Assembly: GCA_002269645.1 (NCBI GenBank)
Contig: NIVC01002467.1
Span: 107,454 to 171,453 of the forward strand
Reading direction: 5' to 3'
DNA from: Macrostomum lignano
Taxonomy: Eukaryota
Length of the DNA: 64,000 nucleotides
Each line of letters opens with the position of its first letter. The first letter of the stretch is position 1. This document shows positions 1 through 12,549 of this stretch, in pieces. Below the pieces are notes generated by a model. The model had not been told where the DNA came from, searched no databases, and was given only the letters and a program-made list of their open reading frames with translations. The translations under genes and the position numbers were made by a program.

Positions 1-1037
1 AGGTGTCAGGAGAGACAATGGAGTGTCAGGAGAGACAGTTAGGTGTCAGGAGAGACAATGGAGTGTCAGGAGAGACAGTTAGGTGTCAGGAGAGACAATG
101 AATGTCAGGAGAGACAATGGAGTGTCAGGAGAGACAATGAAGTGTCAGGAGAGACAATGGAGTGTCAGGAGAGACAATGAAGTGTCAGGAGAGACAATGG
201 AGTGTCAGGAGAGACAATGAAGTGTCAGGAGAGACAATGAAGTGTCAGGAGAGACAATGAAGTGTCAGGAGAGACAATGGAGTGTCAGGAGAGACAATGG
301 AGTGTCAGGAGAGACAGTTAGGTGTCAGGAGAGACAATGGAGTGTCAGGAGAGACAATGGAGTGTCAGGAGAGACAATGAAGTGTCAGGAGAGACAATGG
401 AGTGTCAGGAGAGACAATGGAGTGTCAGGAGAGACAATGGAGTGTCAGGAGAGACAATGAAGTGTCAGGAGAGACAATGAAGTGTCAGGAGAGACAATGG
501 AGTGTCAGGAGAGACAGTTAGGTGTCAGGAGAGACAATGGAGTGTCAGGAGAGACAATGAAGTGTCAGGAGAGACAATGAAGTGTCAGGAGAGACAATGA
601 AGTGTCAGGAGAGACAATGGAGTGTCAGGAGAGACAATGAAGTGTCAGGAGAGACAATGAAGTGTCAGGAGAGACAATAAAGTGTCAGGAGAGACAATGA
701 AGTGTCAGGAGAGACAATGGAGTGTCAGGAGAGACAATGAAGTGTCAGGAGAGACAATGAAGTGTCAGGAGAGACAATGGAGTGTCAGGAGAGACAATGG
801 AGTGTCAGGAGAGACAATGGAGTGTCAGGAGAGACAATGGAGTGTTCGGAGAGACAAAAAAGTGTCAAGAGAGGCCATGAAGTGTCAGGAGAGACAGTTG
901 GATGTCAGGAGAGACAGTGGGGTGTCAGGAGAGACAGTGGGGTGTCAGGAGAGACAATGGAGTGTCAAGAGAGGCCATGAAGTGTCAGGAGAGACAGTTG
1001 GATGTCAGGAGAGACAGTGGGGTGTAAGGAGGCAGTG
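1..1037. repeat. Minisatellite, 20-bp unit AGTGTCAGGAGAGACAATG(G/A), runs off window start
   Basis: About 50 near-identical tandem copies visible; the ORFs at 242-1038 are translations of the repeat. Confidence 0.97.
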
Positions 1038-1939
1038 AAACTCTTATAAAGTCCCCCCCCCTGCATGCAGCTATAGCCGTCACGGTTCAGAGAAGACAAA
1101 GCAGAAAAAGAAGAATAATTTGGCCGATCCAAATTAGGAGCAGAAAAATGAAAGCAGGACGAAGAGACAGGAAAAATGACAACTGCCTACGTCAAAGAAG
1201 TTTTGGGTGCAATAATTTCAATAATATAATTAATATTTCGTAAGATCGCAGCTAATTATCATAACAGCTCGGCTGCTAATTAAAGCATTGGTATGCATTT
1301 CCTGGAGCCTGCATATTTTCCGAGCCTAATTAACTGTTGCATAAACACAGTCAACAATGGAAACAATTCACAAGACAGATGAGCAAGTTTATATAACAGA
1401 ACACAAAATTTGTCAATTAATATTAATTAAAATTTATTGTCCAATGTTAGACAAAAGTTATTGTCTATCATAACTCAGGCCAAGTGTATTTTACATTCAC
1501 CGCACAAATTTTACAAGGAATAAACAGCAAACAAAAAATAAAAATCCAACCAGTATGGAACAAGTATGACACAATTAAAATCATCAACTTATGTACTTTA
1601 AGCAGAGCGACTGCTTTCTATCAAATAACAAAAAAATGGTGTGTTTTCTAGTGTCTTTTCTAACGAAAACACACTTAGAAGTTATTAATAAAGCATTCAT
1701 TTTAAACACGAACTGTCATACTTATCTAAGTAGTCATCAGTAGTCTATCGCGTGAATATAAAAATGCATAAAAAGATAGTTTTTATTAATGGAACTCCAA
1801 CTGAAATTTAGCATCAATAATCAATAATAATCATTCCTTTGCTCTTATCGTTCTTTTAAGCAAGTCAATTTTGCAAGAGTCCAAACAGCGACCATGTTGA
1901 CGAAGCTGGAAGAAAATTGTAGAATGGAGACTTTAGAAA

Positions 1940-3515
1940 GCAACTGAGGGTCTGGGAGGCTGGCCCAGCAACTGAAGATCTGGGAGGCTGGCCCAGCAAC
2001 TGAAGATCTGGGAGGCTGGCCCAGCAACTGAAGATCTGGGAGGCTGGCCCAGCAACTGAAGATCTGGGAGGATGGCTCAGCAATTGAGGATCTGGGAGGC
2101 TGGTCTAGCAACAGAAGATCTGGGAGGATGGCTCAGCAACTGAGGATCTGGGAGGCTGGTCTAGCAACTGAAGATCTGGGAGGATGGCTCAGCAACTGAA
2201 GATCTGGGAGGATGGCTCAGCAATTGAGGATCTGGGAGGCTGGTCTAGCAACTGAAGATCTGGGAGGATGGCTCAGCAACTGAAGATCTGGGAGGATGGC
2301 TCAGCAACTGAGGATCTGGGAGGCTGGCCCAGCAACTGAAGATCTGGGAGGCTGGCCCAGCAACTGAGGATCTGGAAGGCTGGCCTAGCAACTGAAGATC
2401 TGGGAGGATGGCTCAGCAATTGAGGATCTGGGAGGCTGGTCTAGCAACTGAAGATCTGGGAGGATGGCTCAGCAACTGAGGATCTGGGAGGCTGGTCTAG
2501 CAACTGAAGATCTGGGAGGATGGCTCAGCAACTGAAGATCTGGGAGGATGGCTCAGCAATTGAGGATCTGGGAGGCTGGCCCAGCAACTGAAGATCTGGG
2601 AGGATGGCTCAGCAATTGAGGATCTGGGAGGCTGGTCTAGCAACTGAAGATCTGGGAGGATGGCTCAGCAACTGAAGATCTGGGAGGATGGCTCAGCAAC
2701 TGAGGATCTGGGAGGCTGGCCCAGCAACTGAAGATCTGGGAGGATGGCTCAGCAACTGAAGATCTGGGAGGCTGGCCCAGCAACTGAGGATCTGGAAGGC
2801 TGGCCTAGCAACTGAAGATCTGGGAGGATGGCTCAGCAATTGAGGATCTGGGAGGCTGGTCTAGCAACTGAAGATCTGGGAGGATGGCTCAGCAACTGAG
2901 GATCTGGGAGGCTGGTCTAGCAACTGAAGATCTGGGAGGATGGCTCAGCAACTGAAGATCTGGGAGGATGGCTCAGCAACTGAGGATCTGGGAGGCTGGC
3001 CTAGCAACTGAAGATCTGGGAGGATGGCTCAGCAACTGAAGATCTGGGAGGATGGCTCAGCAACTGAGGATCTGGGAGGCTGGCCTAGCAACTGAAGATC
3101 TGGGAGGATGGCTCAGCAACTGAGGATCTGGGAGGCTGGTCTAGCAACTGAAGATCTGGGAGGATGGCTCAGCAACTGAGGATCTGGGAGGCTGGCCTAG
3201 CAACTGAAGATCTGGGAGGATGGCTCAGCAACTGAGGATCTGGGAGGCTGGCCTAGCAACTGAAGATCTGGGAGGATGGCTCAGCAACTGAGGATCTGGG
3301 AGGCTGGTCTAGCAACTGAAGATCTGGGAGGATGGCTCAGCAACTGAGGATCTGGGAGGCTGGCCCAACAACTGAGGATCTGGGAGGCTGGTGGAACAGC
3401 AACTGAGGATCTGGGAGGCTGGCCCAGCTACTGGGGATCTGGGAGGCTAGCCCAGAAACTGAGGATCTGGGAGGCTGGCTCAGACTGAGGATCTGGGAGG
3501 CTGGCACCTCAGCAA
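1940..3515. repeat. Minisatellite, ~28-bp unit CAGCAACTGA(A/G)GATCTGGGAGG(C/A)TGG, probably inside a COG4 3'-UTR intron
   Basis: Tandem array seen directly. On the minus strand it is flanked by a GTGAGT donor (3529-3524) and a polypyrimidine-CAG acceptor (1907-1906). Confidence 0.95.
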
Positions 3516-3530
3516 CTGACACTACTCACT

Positions 3531-6500
3531 CTACAACCGCAGTCTCCGCACATCATCCTGCCGGAAGTCCACCCTCAGTGCCAGCACGTGCCGCACCTCG
3601 GCCGGGGTGAGTCGCCAGGCCATGACAGAGTCGGACCAGCAGGCGGTCAGCTCGTCCAGGCTCTCTAGACCCAGCAGCATGGCGGTCTGGCTCAGCCTGG
3701 CCAGTCTATCTCGGACACTCCAAGCGGCCCTGGCGCTGAGGCAGGCGGCCAGAGAGCGGACCTCCCGGTCCAGCTGCAGTCCCCCAGCCTGTTGAACTGT
3801 TTCCTAGCAATCAGCTTCTCGGCTCTGAGCACCAGCTCGCCAGCCAGAGACTGCAGCAGGGTGTCAAACAGCGGCGGCAGCAGCAGGCGCTGGAATCCGT
3901 CAGCCAGTTGGCCAATGCGAAGGCAGGCCGCCTCCACCCAGGGGTCGCTGGCCTCGTAGGCCAGGAGCTCTTCTTCTGTGATCACGTGACTCACGTTGGA
4001 CAGAGGGGCCAGGATTTGCTTCACCTGAGCGCAAAGGGATCGACAGTGTTTGGGATGATGCTTTAGCTGACGAGTTGGGGTTTCAACATCATTTCAACAT
4101 TCCAGCATTATTAAAGCCGTAGAAATCAAGCACCATTCCAGCCTGAAGTTCTACATCATTCCAACCCCTAGAATTCCAGCATCATTCCAACCCCTAGAAT
4201 TCCAGCATCATTCCAACCCCTAGAATTCCAGCATCATTCCAACCCCTAGAATTCCAGCATCATTCCAACCCCTAGAATTCCAGCATCATTCCAACCTGAG
4301 ATCCAGCATCATTCCAACCTCTAGAATTCCAGCATCATTCCAACCTCTAGAATTCCAGCATCATTCCAACCTCTAGAATTCCAGCATCATTCCAACCTCT
4401 AGAATTCCAGCATCATTCCAACCTCTAGAATTCCAGCATCATTCCAACCTCTAGAATTCCAGCATCATTCCAACCTGAGATCCAGCATCATTCCAGCCTG
4501 AGTTCCAGCATCATTCCAGGCTGAGTTCCAGCATCATTCCAACTTGAATTCCAGCATCATTCCAGCCGGAGTTCCATCATCATTCCAACTTGAATTCCAG
4601 CATCATTCCAGCCGGAGTTCCAGCATCATTCCAACTTGAATTCCAGCATCATTCCAGCCGGAGTTCCATCATCATTCCAACTTGAATTCCAGCATCATTC
4701 CAGCCGGAGTTCCATCATCATTCCAACTTGAATTCCAGCATCATTCCAGCCGGAGTTCCATCATCATTCCAACTTGAATTCCAGCATCATTCCAGCCGGA
4801 GTTCCAGCATCATTCCAGGCTGAGTTCCAGCATCATTCCAAGCTGAGTTCCAGCATCATTCCAGGCTGAGTTCCAGCATCATTCCAGGCTGAGTTCCAGC
4901 ATCATTCCAGGCTGAGTTCCAGCATCATTCCAGGCTGAGTTCCAGCATCATTCCAGGCTGAGTTCCAGCATCATTCCAGCCCCTAGAATTCCAGCATCAC
5001 TCCAGCCTGAATTCCAGCATCATTCCAACTGAGTTCCAGCATCATTCCAGGCTGAGTTCCAGCATCATTCCAAGCTGAGTTCCAGCATCATTCCAGGCTG
5101 AGTTCCAGCATCATTCCAGGCTGAGTTCCAGCATCATTCCAGCCCCTAGAATTCCAGCATCACTCCAGCCTGAATTCCAGCATCATTCCAACTGAGTTCC
5201 AGCATCATTCCAGCAAACCCACCTGAGGCCGCAGCGAGATCTCTGTCAGACACTCGACACCCTCGTTCACAATGGCGGCCAGAGCTTCGCCCAGCCCAGC
5301 GTCCATCGCCTGCAGGCAGCTCAGCAGCTTCTCGCGGTCCCGCCGCCCAGCCCCGCTAGTGGTGTCGGATTCCAGCAGGCGTCTGAGGTCCCGCAGATTG
5401 CCGCGACACGCCTCGGCGCAGTTGAGCGCCGTCAGGTAGGCCTGCCTGGCCTCTTCAACGCTGGCCTTGGAGCCGAAGGCGTCCTGCACCCAGCCGGAGG
5501 GAAATCCGCGGCCTAGACGGGATCGAAGCGCGCCAATCAGTTGAGCTTCGGCCACGTCTGCTGCCCGGTTCAACGCGGCGCAGGTGGCGTCAGCGCTGCC
5601 AGTTGAAACAGCTCGGCGAAGGCACTTCTTCAAGATGAAGAACGCATCGTCAGCGAGGCGGGTGTCGGTGGGATCCGAGCCGCCTACGCCGCTGTCCAAG
5701 GCCACCGCTTTGGCAAGCATCTCGCGCATGAAGTGCTCTTCTAATAAGCAGTACTCATCCACCAGTTTCTGCGGAGATGGGGGGATTAACGGATCTGCAG
5801 TTGGATTGCTTATATATTATTAGGATTATCCGCCTGACTGTCAGGATTATCTATCTGACTGTGGGGATTATCTATCTGACTGTCGGGATTATCTATCTGA
5901 CTGTCAGGATTATCTATCTGACTGTGGGGATTATCCACCTTACTGTCAGGATTATCTATCTGACTGTGGGGATTATCTATCTGACTGTCGGGATTATCTA
6001 TCTGACTGTGGGGATTATCTATCTGACTGTGGGGATTATCCACCTTACTGTCAGGATTATCTATCTGACTGTGGGGATTATCCACCTGACTGTCAGGATT
6101 ATCCACCTGACTGTTGGGATTATTTATCTGACTGTCAGGATTATCTATCTGACTATCAGGATTATCTATCTGACTGTCAGGATTTTTTATCTGACTGTTG
6201 GGATTATCCATCTGACTGTCAGGATTATCTATCTGACGGTGTGGATTTCTATCTGACTGTCAGGATTATCTACCTGACTTTCGGGATTATCCATCTGACT
6301 CATCCCATTGTCTGGATAATCCAAGATTATCAGTCACAGTTTAAAAAAGCCTTCTACACCAATAAAAAGCCTAAAAACAAAAGAATGACAACCGTATTCT
6401 CACCTGAATACACCTGGTCACGGCACACTTTCGTAGAAAGTCATCTAATTTTCGCTGCCTCCTCTGTTCTACGGATTCGCTCTCCGAGTCAGCTGCTCCC

Positions 6501-9500
6501 GAGGCCGCACCGCCTCCACTGCCGCCTCCTTTGCTATCGGCAGCTGCCCAATCTGCTAAGCACCTGCGAGAAACAAATCTCAGGTAGAGTTCGGTTCGGG
6601 AACTCAGCACAGCCAGCTCGGATAATACGGCATCTAGTTGCTTGGCGTCCAGCTGCTGGCCCTGCACAGTGCGTGTAAAATTTTAATTAACTAATTAGGA
6701 CGGTGTTGATGAAGTTTTCATCAGCTTTAATAAAATAATCTAAAAGCGGGAACTAAACTGCTATATACATGCAAATAAGTACTCACATTTCTTTCTTGGG
6801 TAACCACAGCCTCTATAAACGCAATGCATAATTGGGTATCTACATGTACAACCCCCATAAACAATAACCCCCTTAAATGCCTAACTGGGTATCTACATGT
6901 ACAACCCTCATAAACACAACACCAAATTGGGTATTTGCATGTACAACCCTCATAAACACAACACCAAATTGGGTATTTGCATGTACAACCCTCATAAACA
7001 CAACACCTAATTGGGTATTTGCATGTACAACCCTCATAAACACAACACCTAATTGGGTATCTACATGTACAACCCTCATAAACACAATACCTAATTGGGT
7101 GTCAAGAACCCCCTAGGTGGTCACTAACTCACCTGTTGCTGCTGCTGCTGGTACATCATCTGAGCCTGGCTACCCGGGCCGTACTGCTGCTGCGACTGCT
7201 GATGACGAGTGGCCGATGTGCGCGCTAAACGGACGCGCGAGTCCAGATCGCGCAGACTGCGAAATCGATCCACAATGCGCTTCGCTTGCGCGTCTACTTC
7301 ATTTTGCAGCACCTGATTGGGCGATCAGACGGGATTAGGGTTTACGAGTGAAAAAGGATCATAGAATTATAATTACCTGATCTAGAGTGCGACAAAAGAT
7401 ATTTAATAATTGGATAATGTGTCCTAAAAGATAGAAAAATGTCTAAACGAAAAAACGTCTAGACAGGAGGGAAATGTATCTCAAAGAACAGGAACTGTGT
7501 CTCAAAGAACAGGAAATGTGTCTCAAGAACAGGAAATGTGTCTCAAAGAACAGGAACTGTGTCTCAAAGAACAGGAAATGTGTCTCAAGAACAGGAAATG
7601 TGTCTCAAAGAACAGGAAATGTGTCTCAAAGAACAGGAAATGTGTCTCAAAGAACAGGAAATGTGTCTCAAAGAACAGGAAATGTGTCTCAAAGAACAGG
7701 AAATGTGTCTCAAGAACAGGAAATGTGTCTCAAGAACAGGAAATGTGTCTCAAAGAACACGAAATGTGTCTCAAGAACAGGAAAATGTGTCTCAAAGAAC
7801 AGGAACTGTGTCTCAAAGAACAGGAACTGTGTCTCAAAGAACAGGAAATGTGTCTCAAAGAACAGGAAATGTGTCTCAAAGAACAGGAAATGTGTCTCAA
7901 AGAACACGAAATGTGTCTCAAGAACAGGAAATGTGTCTCAAAGAACAGGAAATGTGTCTCAAAGAACAGGAAATGTGTCTCAAAGAACAGGAAAATGTGT
8001 CTCAAAGAACAGGAAATGTGTCTCAAAGAACAGGAAATGTGTCTCAAAGAACAGGAAATGTGTCTCAAAGAACAGGAATTGTGTCTCAAAGAACAGGAAA
8101 TGTGTCTTAAAGAACAGGAAATGTGTCTCAAGAACAGGAAATGTTTCTCAAAGAACAGGAAATGTATCTCAAGAACAGGAAATGTGTCTCAAAGAACAGG
8201 AAATGTATCTCAAGAACAGGAAATGTGTCTCAAAGAACAGGAACTGTGTCTCAAAGAACAGGAAATGTGTCTCAAGAACAGGAACTGTGTCTCAAAGAAC
8301 AGGAAAATGTGTCTCAAAGAACAGGAACTGTGTCTCAAAGAACAGGAAATGTGTCTCAAAGAACAGAAAATGTGTCTCAAAGAACATAAAAAAGTGTCTC
8401 AAAGAACAGAAAATGTGTCTCAAAGAACAGAAAATGTGTCTCAAAGAACAGAAAATGTGTCTCAAAGAACAAAAAATGTGTCTCAGAAACAGGAAATGTG
8501 CCTCAAGAACAGGAACATGTCCCCAGGAAAGGCACACTGAAGAGGCGAACCTGCAGCAGACCGAACAAATGACCGGGTCCATAGAAAGTCTCCACAAGCG
8601 GCTGATGCACTTCAACGCTGGCGGCCACAGCTTCGTACAGCTGCAGCAGCTGCTGGGCTGCCCAGGCGCCACCGTCTTGACCAGCAGCCGAGGACGCTGC
8701 GATGCGGGCCTTCTCGCACTGCTCCCTGAGACAGCCGCCGAGATAACCGCCCAGTTTCTCCAAACCCGCTTGGTGCAAATTTAATAGGGGGAAAATCTTA
8801 AAAAACCTCTCTATAGAAGCTCGATCTTGGCGTTGTACGGCTAAATCGAACTGTTTATGGACAATGTCTTTTAATACGGCCTCGGATTTGTGTAGAACTT
8901 CGAAGCTGGCCTCCAGGGTGCTGCCTTCGCTTGCGTCAGCCGTCATGCGCATCACGGTTTCGTCCAGGGTCAGATATCTGCAGTTAGCGGGGTTTGAGTA
9001 CCAATTTCGGGTTCGGGTAGCGTTTGACATTGCTGGGATTCTAGGACTCAAGATTGAGATTCTAGGATTTGAGATTGGGATTCTAGGATTTGAGATTGGG
9101 ATTCTAGGATTTGAGATTGGGATCCTAGGATTTGAGATTGGGATCCTAGGATCTGAGATTGGGATTCTAGGATTAGAGGTTGGGATTCTAGGATTTGAGG
9201 TTGGGATTCTAGGATTTGAGATTAGGATTCTAGGATTTGAGATTGGGATTCTAGGATTCGAGATTGAGATTCTAGGAGCTGAGATTCGGCTTCTTGGATT
9301 TGAGATTGGGATTTTAAGATTATAGATATTTAATCAACTGTAGGATTTGGAATCTGGAATTTAGGATTTGGGATCTAAATTTTAGGATTTGAAATTGGGA
9401 TTGTATAATTTGGGATCTAGATCGTAGGAGTTGGGATCTGGATTGTAGGATTTGGGATCTTGATTGTAAGGATTTGGGATTTGGATTGTAAGGATTTGGG

Positions 9501-10066
9501 ATTTGGATTGTAAGGATTTGGGATTTGGATTGTATGGATTTGGGATTTGGATTGCAAGGATTTGGGATTTGGATTGTAAGGATTTGGGATTTGGATTGTA
9601 AGGATTTGGGATTTGGATTTCTGGCTGGGAAATCGGGACTGGCAGCACTAACAAACCTGTGAATATGCGCTGCAGCAATCTCGTAATCCTCATCTTGCAG
9701 GGCCTTCTGAACACCATCCGTGCAGGCCTTCAAATCGATTATGTCCTCAACACGCTGCAGGCCAGCTGTGACTCGACTCTTGGCACAGTCGAGCTGTCGA
9801 ACTTTACTGCTGACGCGGTCGGCCAGTTCCGAAGTGCAGCGGATCATTTCGGACAGACTGCGAGCGTCCGCCAGCACAGGCTCGAGTCCAGCGGATGAAG
9901 AATTTGACCCGTTGCCAATAGCAACGCTGCTATTACTAACTGAGTCCAGACGTCTCGTGGTGGCTCCAATTCGTTCAACTTTGGCCAGCAGGCGCTGCAG
10001 GTCAGGGTCTTGGTTGGCTGCAGCGGCTGCAGCATCTGTGATGCTAGTGGCACCAACTGATGGCAT
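3531..10066 (-). CDS. COG4: Conserved oligomeric Golgi complex subunit 4, ~771 aa. Exons 10066-9657, 8977-8551, 7312-7133, 6661-6404, 5768-5223, 4024-3531
   Basis: Recognised COG4 motifs: VSSKVRQLDCAKSR, DEDYEIAAAHIHR, IERFFKIFPLL, HQPLVETFYGPG, ELYLRF, YEASDPWV, FNRLGGLQLDREVRSL, WRLTPAEVRHVLALRVDF. All introns are GT-AG with matching phases. One apparent missing G in a G5 run at 3781-3785 shifts the last exon. Confidence 0.95.
4120..5212. repeat. Minisatellite, 23-26-bp units with core TTCCAGCATCATTCCA, COG4 intron 5
   Basis: Tandem array seen directly, extending nearly to the 5223 exon boundary. Confidence 0.95.
5822..6300. repeat. Minisatellite, 21-bp unit GATTATCTATCTGACTGT(G/C)(G/A)G, COG4 intron 4
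   Basis: Tandem array; the 7-aa periodic ORFs (IIYLTVG) are by-products. Confidence 0.95.
6828..7100. repeat. Minisatellite, 42-bp unit, COG4 intron 3
   Basis: About 6 copies of TAATTGGGTATTTGCATGTACAACCCTCATAAACACAACACC. Confidence 0.93.
7465..8520. repeat. Minisatellite, 20-21-bp unit AGAACAGGAAATGTGTCTCAA, COG4 intron 2
   Basis: Tandem array; long ORFs in several frames are repeat translations. Confidence 0.96.
9035..9620. repeat. Two adjacent minisatellites (21-bp GGGATTCTAGGATTTGAGATT, then ~22-bp GGATTTGGGATTTGGATTGTAA), COG4 intron 1
   Basis: Seen directly between exons 1 and 2. Confidence 0.92.
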
Positions 10067-12549
10067 TGTTAATTTAAAGATGGCTGAAGGGGTTGGCAGT
10101 TTAGAGATTTTAAAGTTAACTGGGGTCATTTTGGTAAGAAGTTAAACAAATATACTAGTATAGTATCATTTAAACTGTCAAATATTATTATACTATTAAT
10201 TAGGCAGCCCAAAGTGTGGCAAACTAAAAAAATGTTATTAATAAGTAAGAAGACCTTGTTGCTTAATTTGATTGTTTTGTATTAAATCAATTGTTGTCCT
10301 TTATATTATTAAATTTTAAATGCCAATAAAATAAGCCAAAGTTGCAATATTCTAATACCAAAGGAAATTTTAGTCAAATATTTTTTTTCTTAATGAAAAA
10401 CAGTTTTTATGACAAGTTTTAGGTAACCAATGAATCTTATGCTTATTATCAAGTACTTTAAATAACTTAATTAACAACTAAATTCTAAAATACTCATATA
10501 ATAATAAGATAATAAAATTGAGATACTAACAAAAACTAAACTATAAATAAAATATAAAAAATTTATCTAAGATAACTTTTATTTAAAACTTTTAATTTCA
10601 TTGTTTCCTTTAAGTACTATATAGTTGTAGATTAAATCTTAAAAATTTTGAAAAAATAATATCTATTCTAAGAACATCTAGACTCAAATCCACATAATTT
10701 TAATAAGCTCTCACAACAAAATTCACATTAAAAGCATATGTTTTTAATGTTAGTATTGCTAGTTCTTAACTTGAGCGAGGGTGAATTATTAATAATATTA
10801 TTTAAAAACAGTAAGTAAAATAATTATCAATTTTATTGAATTAAGCTTGACTTTGTACTTAATTATAGCATAAAGTTCAAATCTAGGATAAGATAGGGGT
10901 TTAATAAAGGTGATTTTTCAGCTGCTAAGTAAACTATCTTCTATTTATTTACTTGTAAACAATATAATTGGTGCAGTTATATATTAGATGGCCAGGTTTA
11001 GGGGCCTACTTTGATTTACTGAATTTGGCCTGCTAGCTGAAATAAGATAAAATTGAAAGTCTGAATATTAGATATGATAAGACTGACAAGAAACTTTGCC
11101 CTTTAAATCAAGATTTGGAAAAAATTACGCCAAAGTTATGTCTATCTGAAAGTCTTGCTCATGTCATTTATGGAGAGCAAAAAGAGTGACATCACTAAAT
11201 TAATTTACTTGTTCTTTAGATTGGATTGCATCGGGTTTAGTAACACAGTAAGAATTCTGGAATTTCGAATGACCCCAGTGGGGAAAAGAAATTAAAATGT
11301 CAAAATGCGAAGCACTATCACTTTTCATTTTCATTAAAAACAATTGTAATAATAAACCCTAACCGCAAACACAAAACGTTAAGCACTCATTCCTGGAAAG
11401 TTGTTAGTTGAAATTTAACAATGACTCTACAACATTATAAACAAAAGGTAAAAAAATAAAGGTGTAATAAAAACCTTCTTAAAAATATAAAGCGTTTCCT
11501 ATAGTAAAGCAAGGAAAAAAGATTTTTTAAATTGCATTTTTTAATTTTAAAACTGTTAAAGACTGACACTTTGAAATGTAAAAAATACCTTACGTTTTAA
11601 CAAACATTTTCTTTAGAAGGATACAAAGCCCTTGATATGCTAATATTTTATTTTATATATCTTTTTAGGCTGTAAAAGTTAATAAAAAATATAGTTCAAA
11701 CTATTATAAGGTTTGTAACTACATAATTATCGTGCGAATTTGTCTTGCTACTATTCAACGAAATTTGCACAGAGCAACATTCATATTTATTATTTCAAGT
11801 GTAACTCAGGTCCACGTTTTAACTTAGTTGGTTATTCTTCACTTGTTACAAAATATTCATTGTTATCTAGTTAACAAGGCTTGTGGGTGTATTTGCTTGT
11901 GTAGTTTCTGCCTTTCTGGTTGGTTGATCCAACCAAAGTTAGTGGACGGCTTATTTTGCCTTGTTTTTTTGTGAATTAGTTATTTTTACCTACTGGAGGT
12001 TGAGTGGAATGATAAAAGAGTTGCGAGTAGTATATTTAGTTAGTAGATATACTAAATTCCTAGATTAAATACTAAACCTTGCTTTCGTCTTTTTACCTCG
12101 TGTCGTGAGTGCATGATTTGTTTCTGCCAGAGTTTAGCTGTAGCATTTTCAAGACAGTCAGAAAAAAGTCAAAGAATCAGTTATCTTAGAAAAATGCTTC
12201 GATCAAAGGTTTTCATTTTTAATTTGTATTTTTTACCAACACAATACTTTGATTAACTGATTTATTCTAAACGGGACGCTCGGCTTTATTTGCAATGATA
12301 AAAATTCTAGTTTAGCATGTAATAGGATAGAATGTACATCGGTACATGCATCAGATATCGTGTTTGTATCGTGTTTTTCGAGATTTTAAAAGTTATTTTA
12401 TTTTATACCTAATTATACTTTATAGGCCACAAAATTATTTGAGTAAAAATTTCTCTGTAATGCAGTTGTAGGCGCATGTTTAATTTTATATTGTGAAAAT
12501 GCCATTAATGAATTTAATTTTTACAGGCTGGGTATCTGTTGAATAAAAC

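Noticed and set aside
3531-4024. COG4 as a pseudogene
   Set aside because: The only lesion is one base in a homopolymer. The rest is intact with canonical splicing, and COG4 is normally a single-copy essential trafficking gene.
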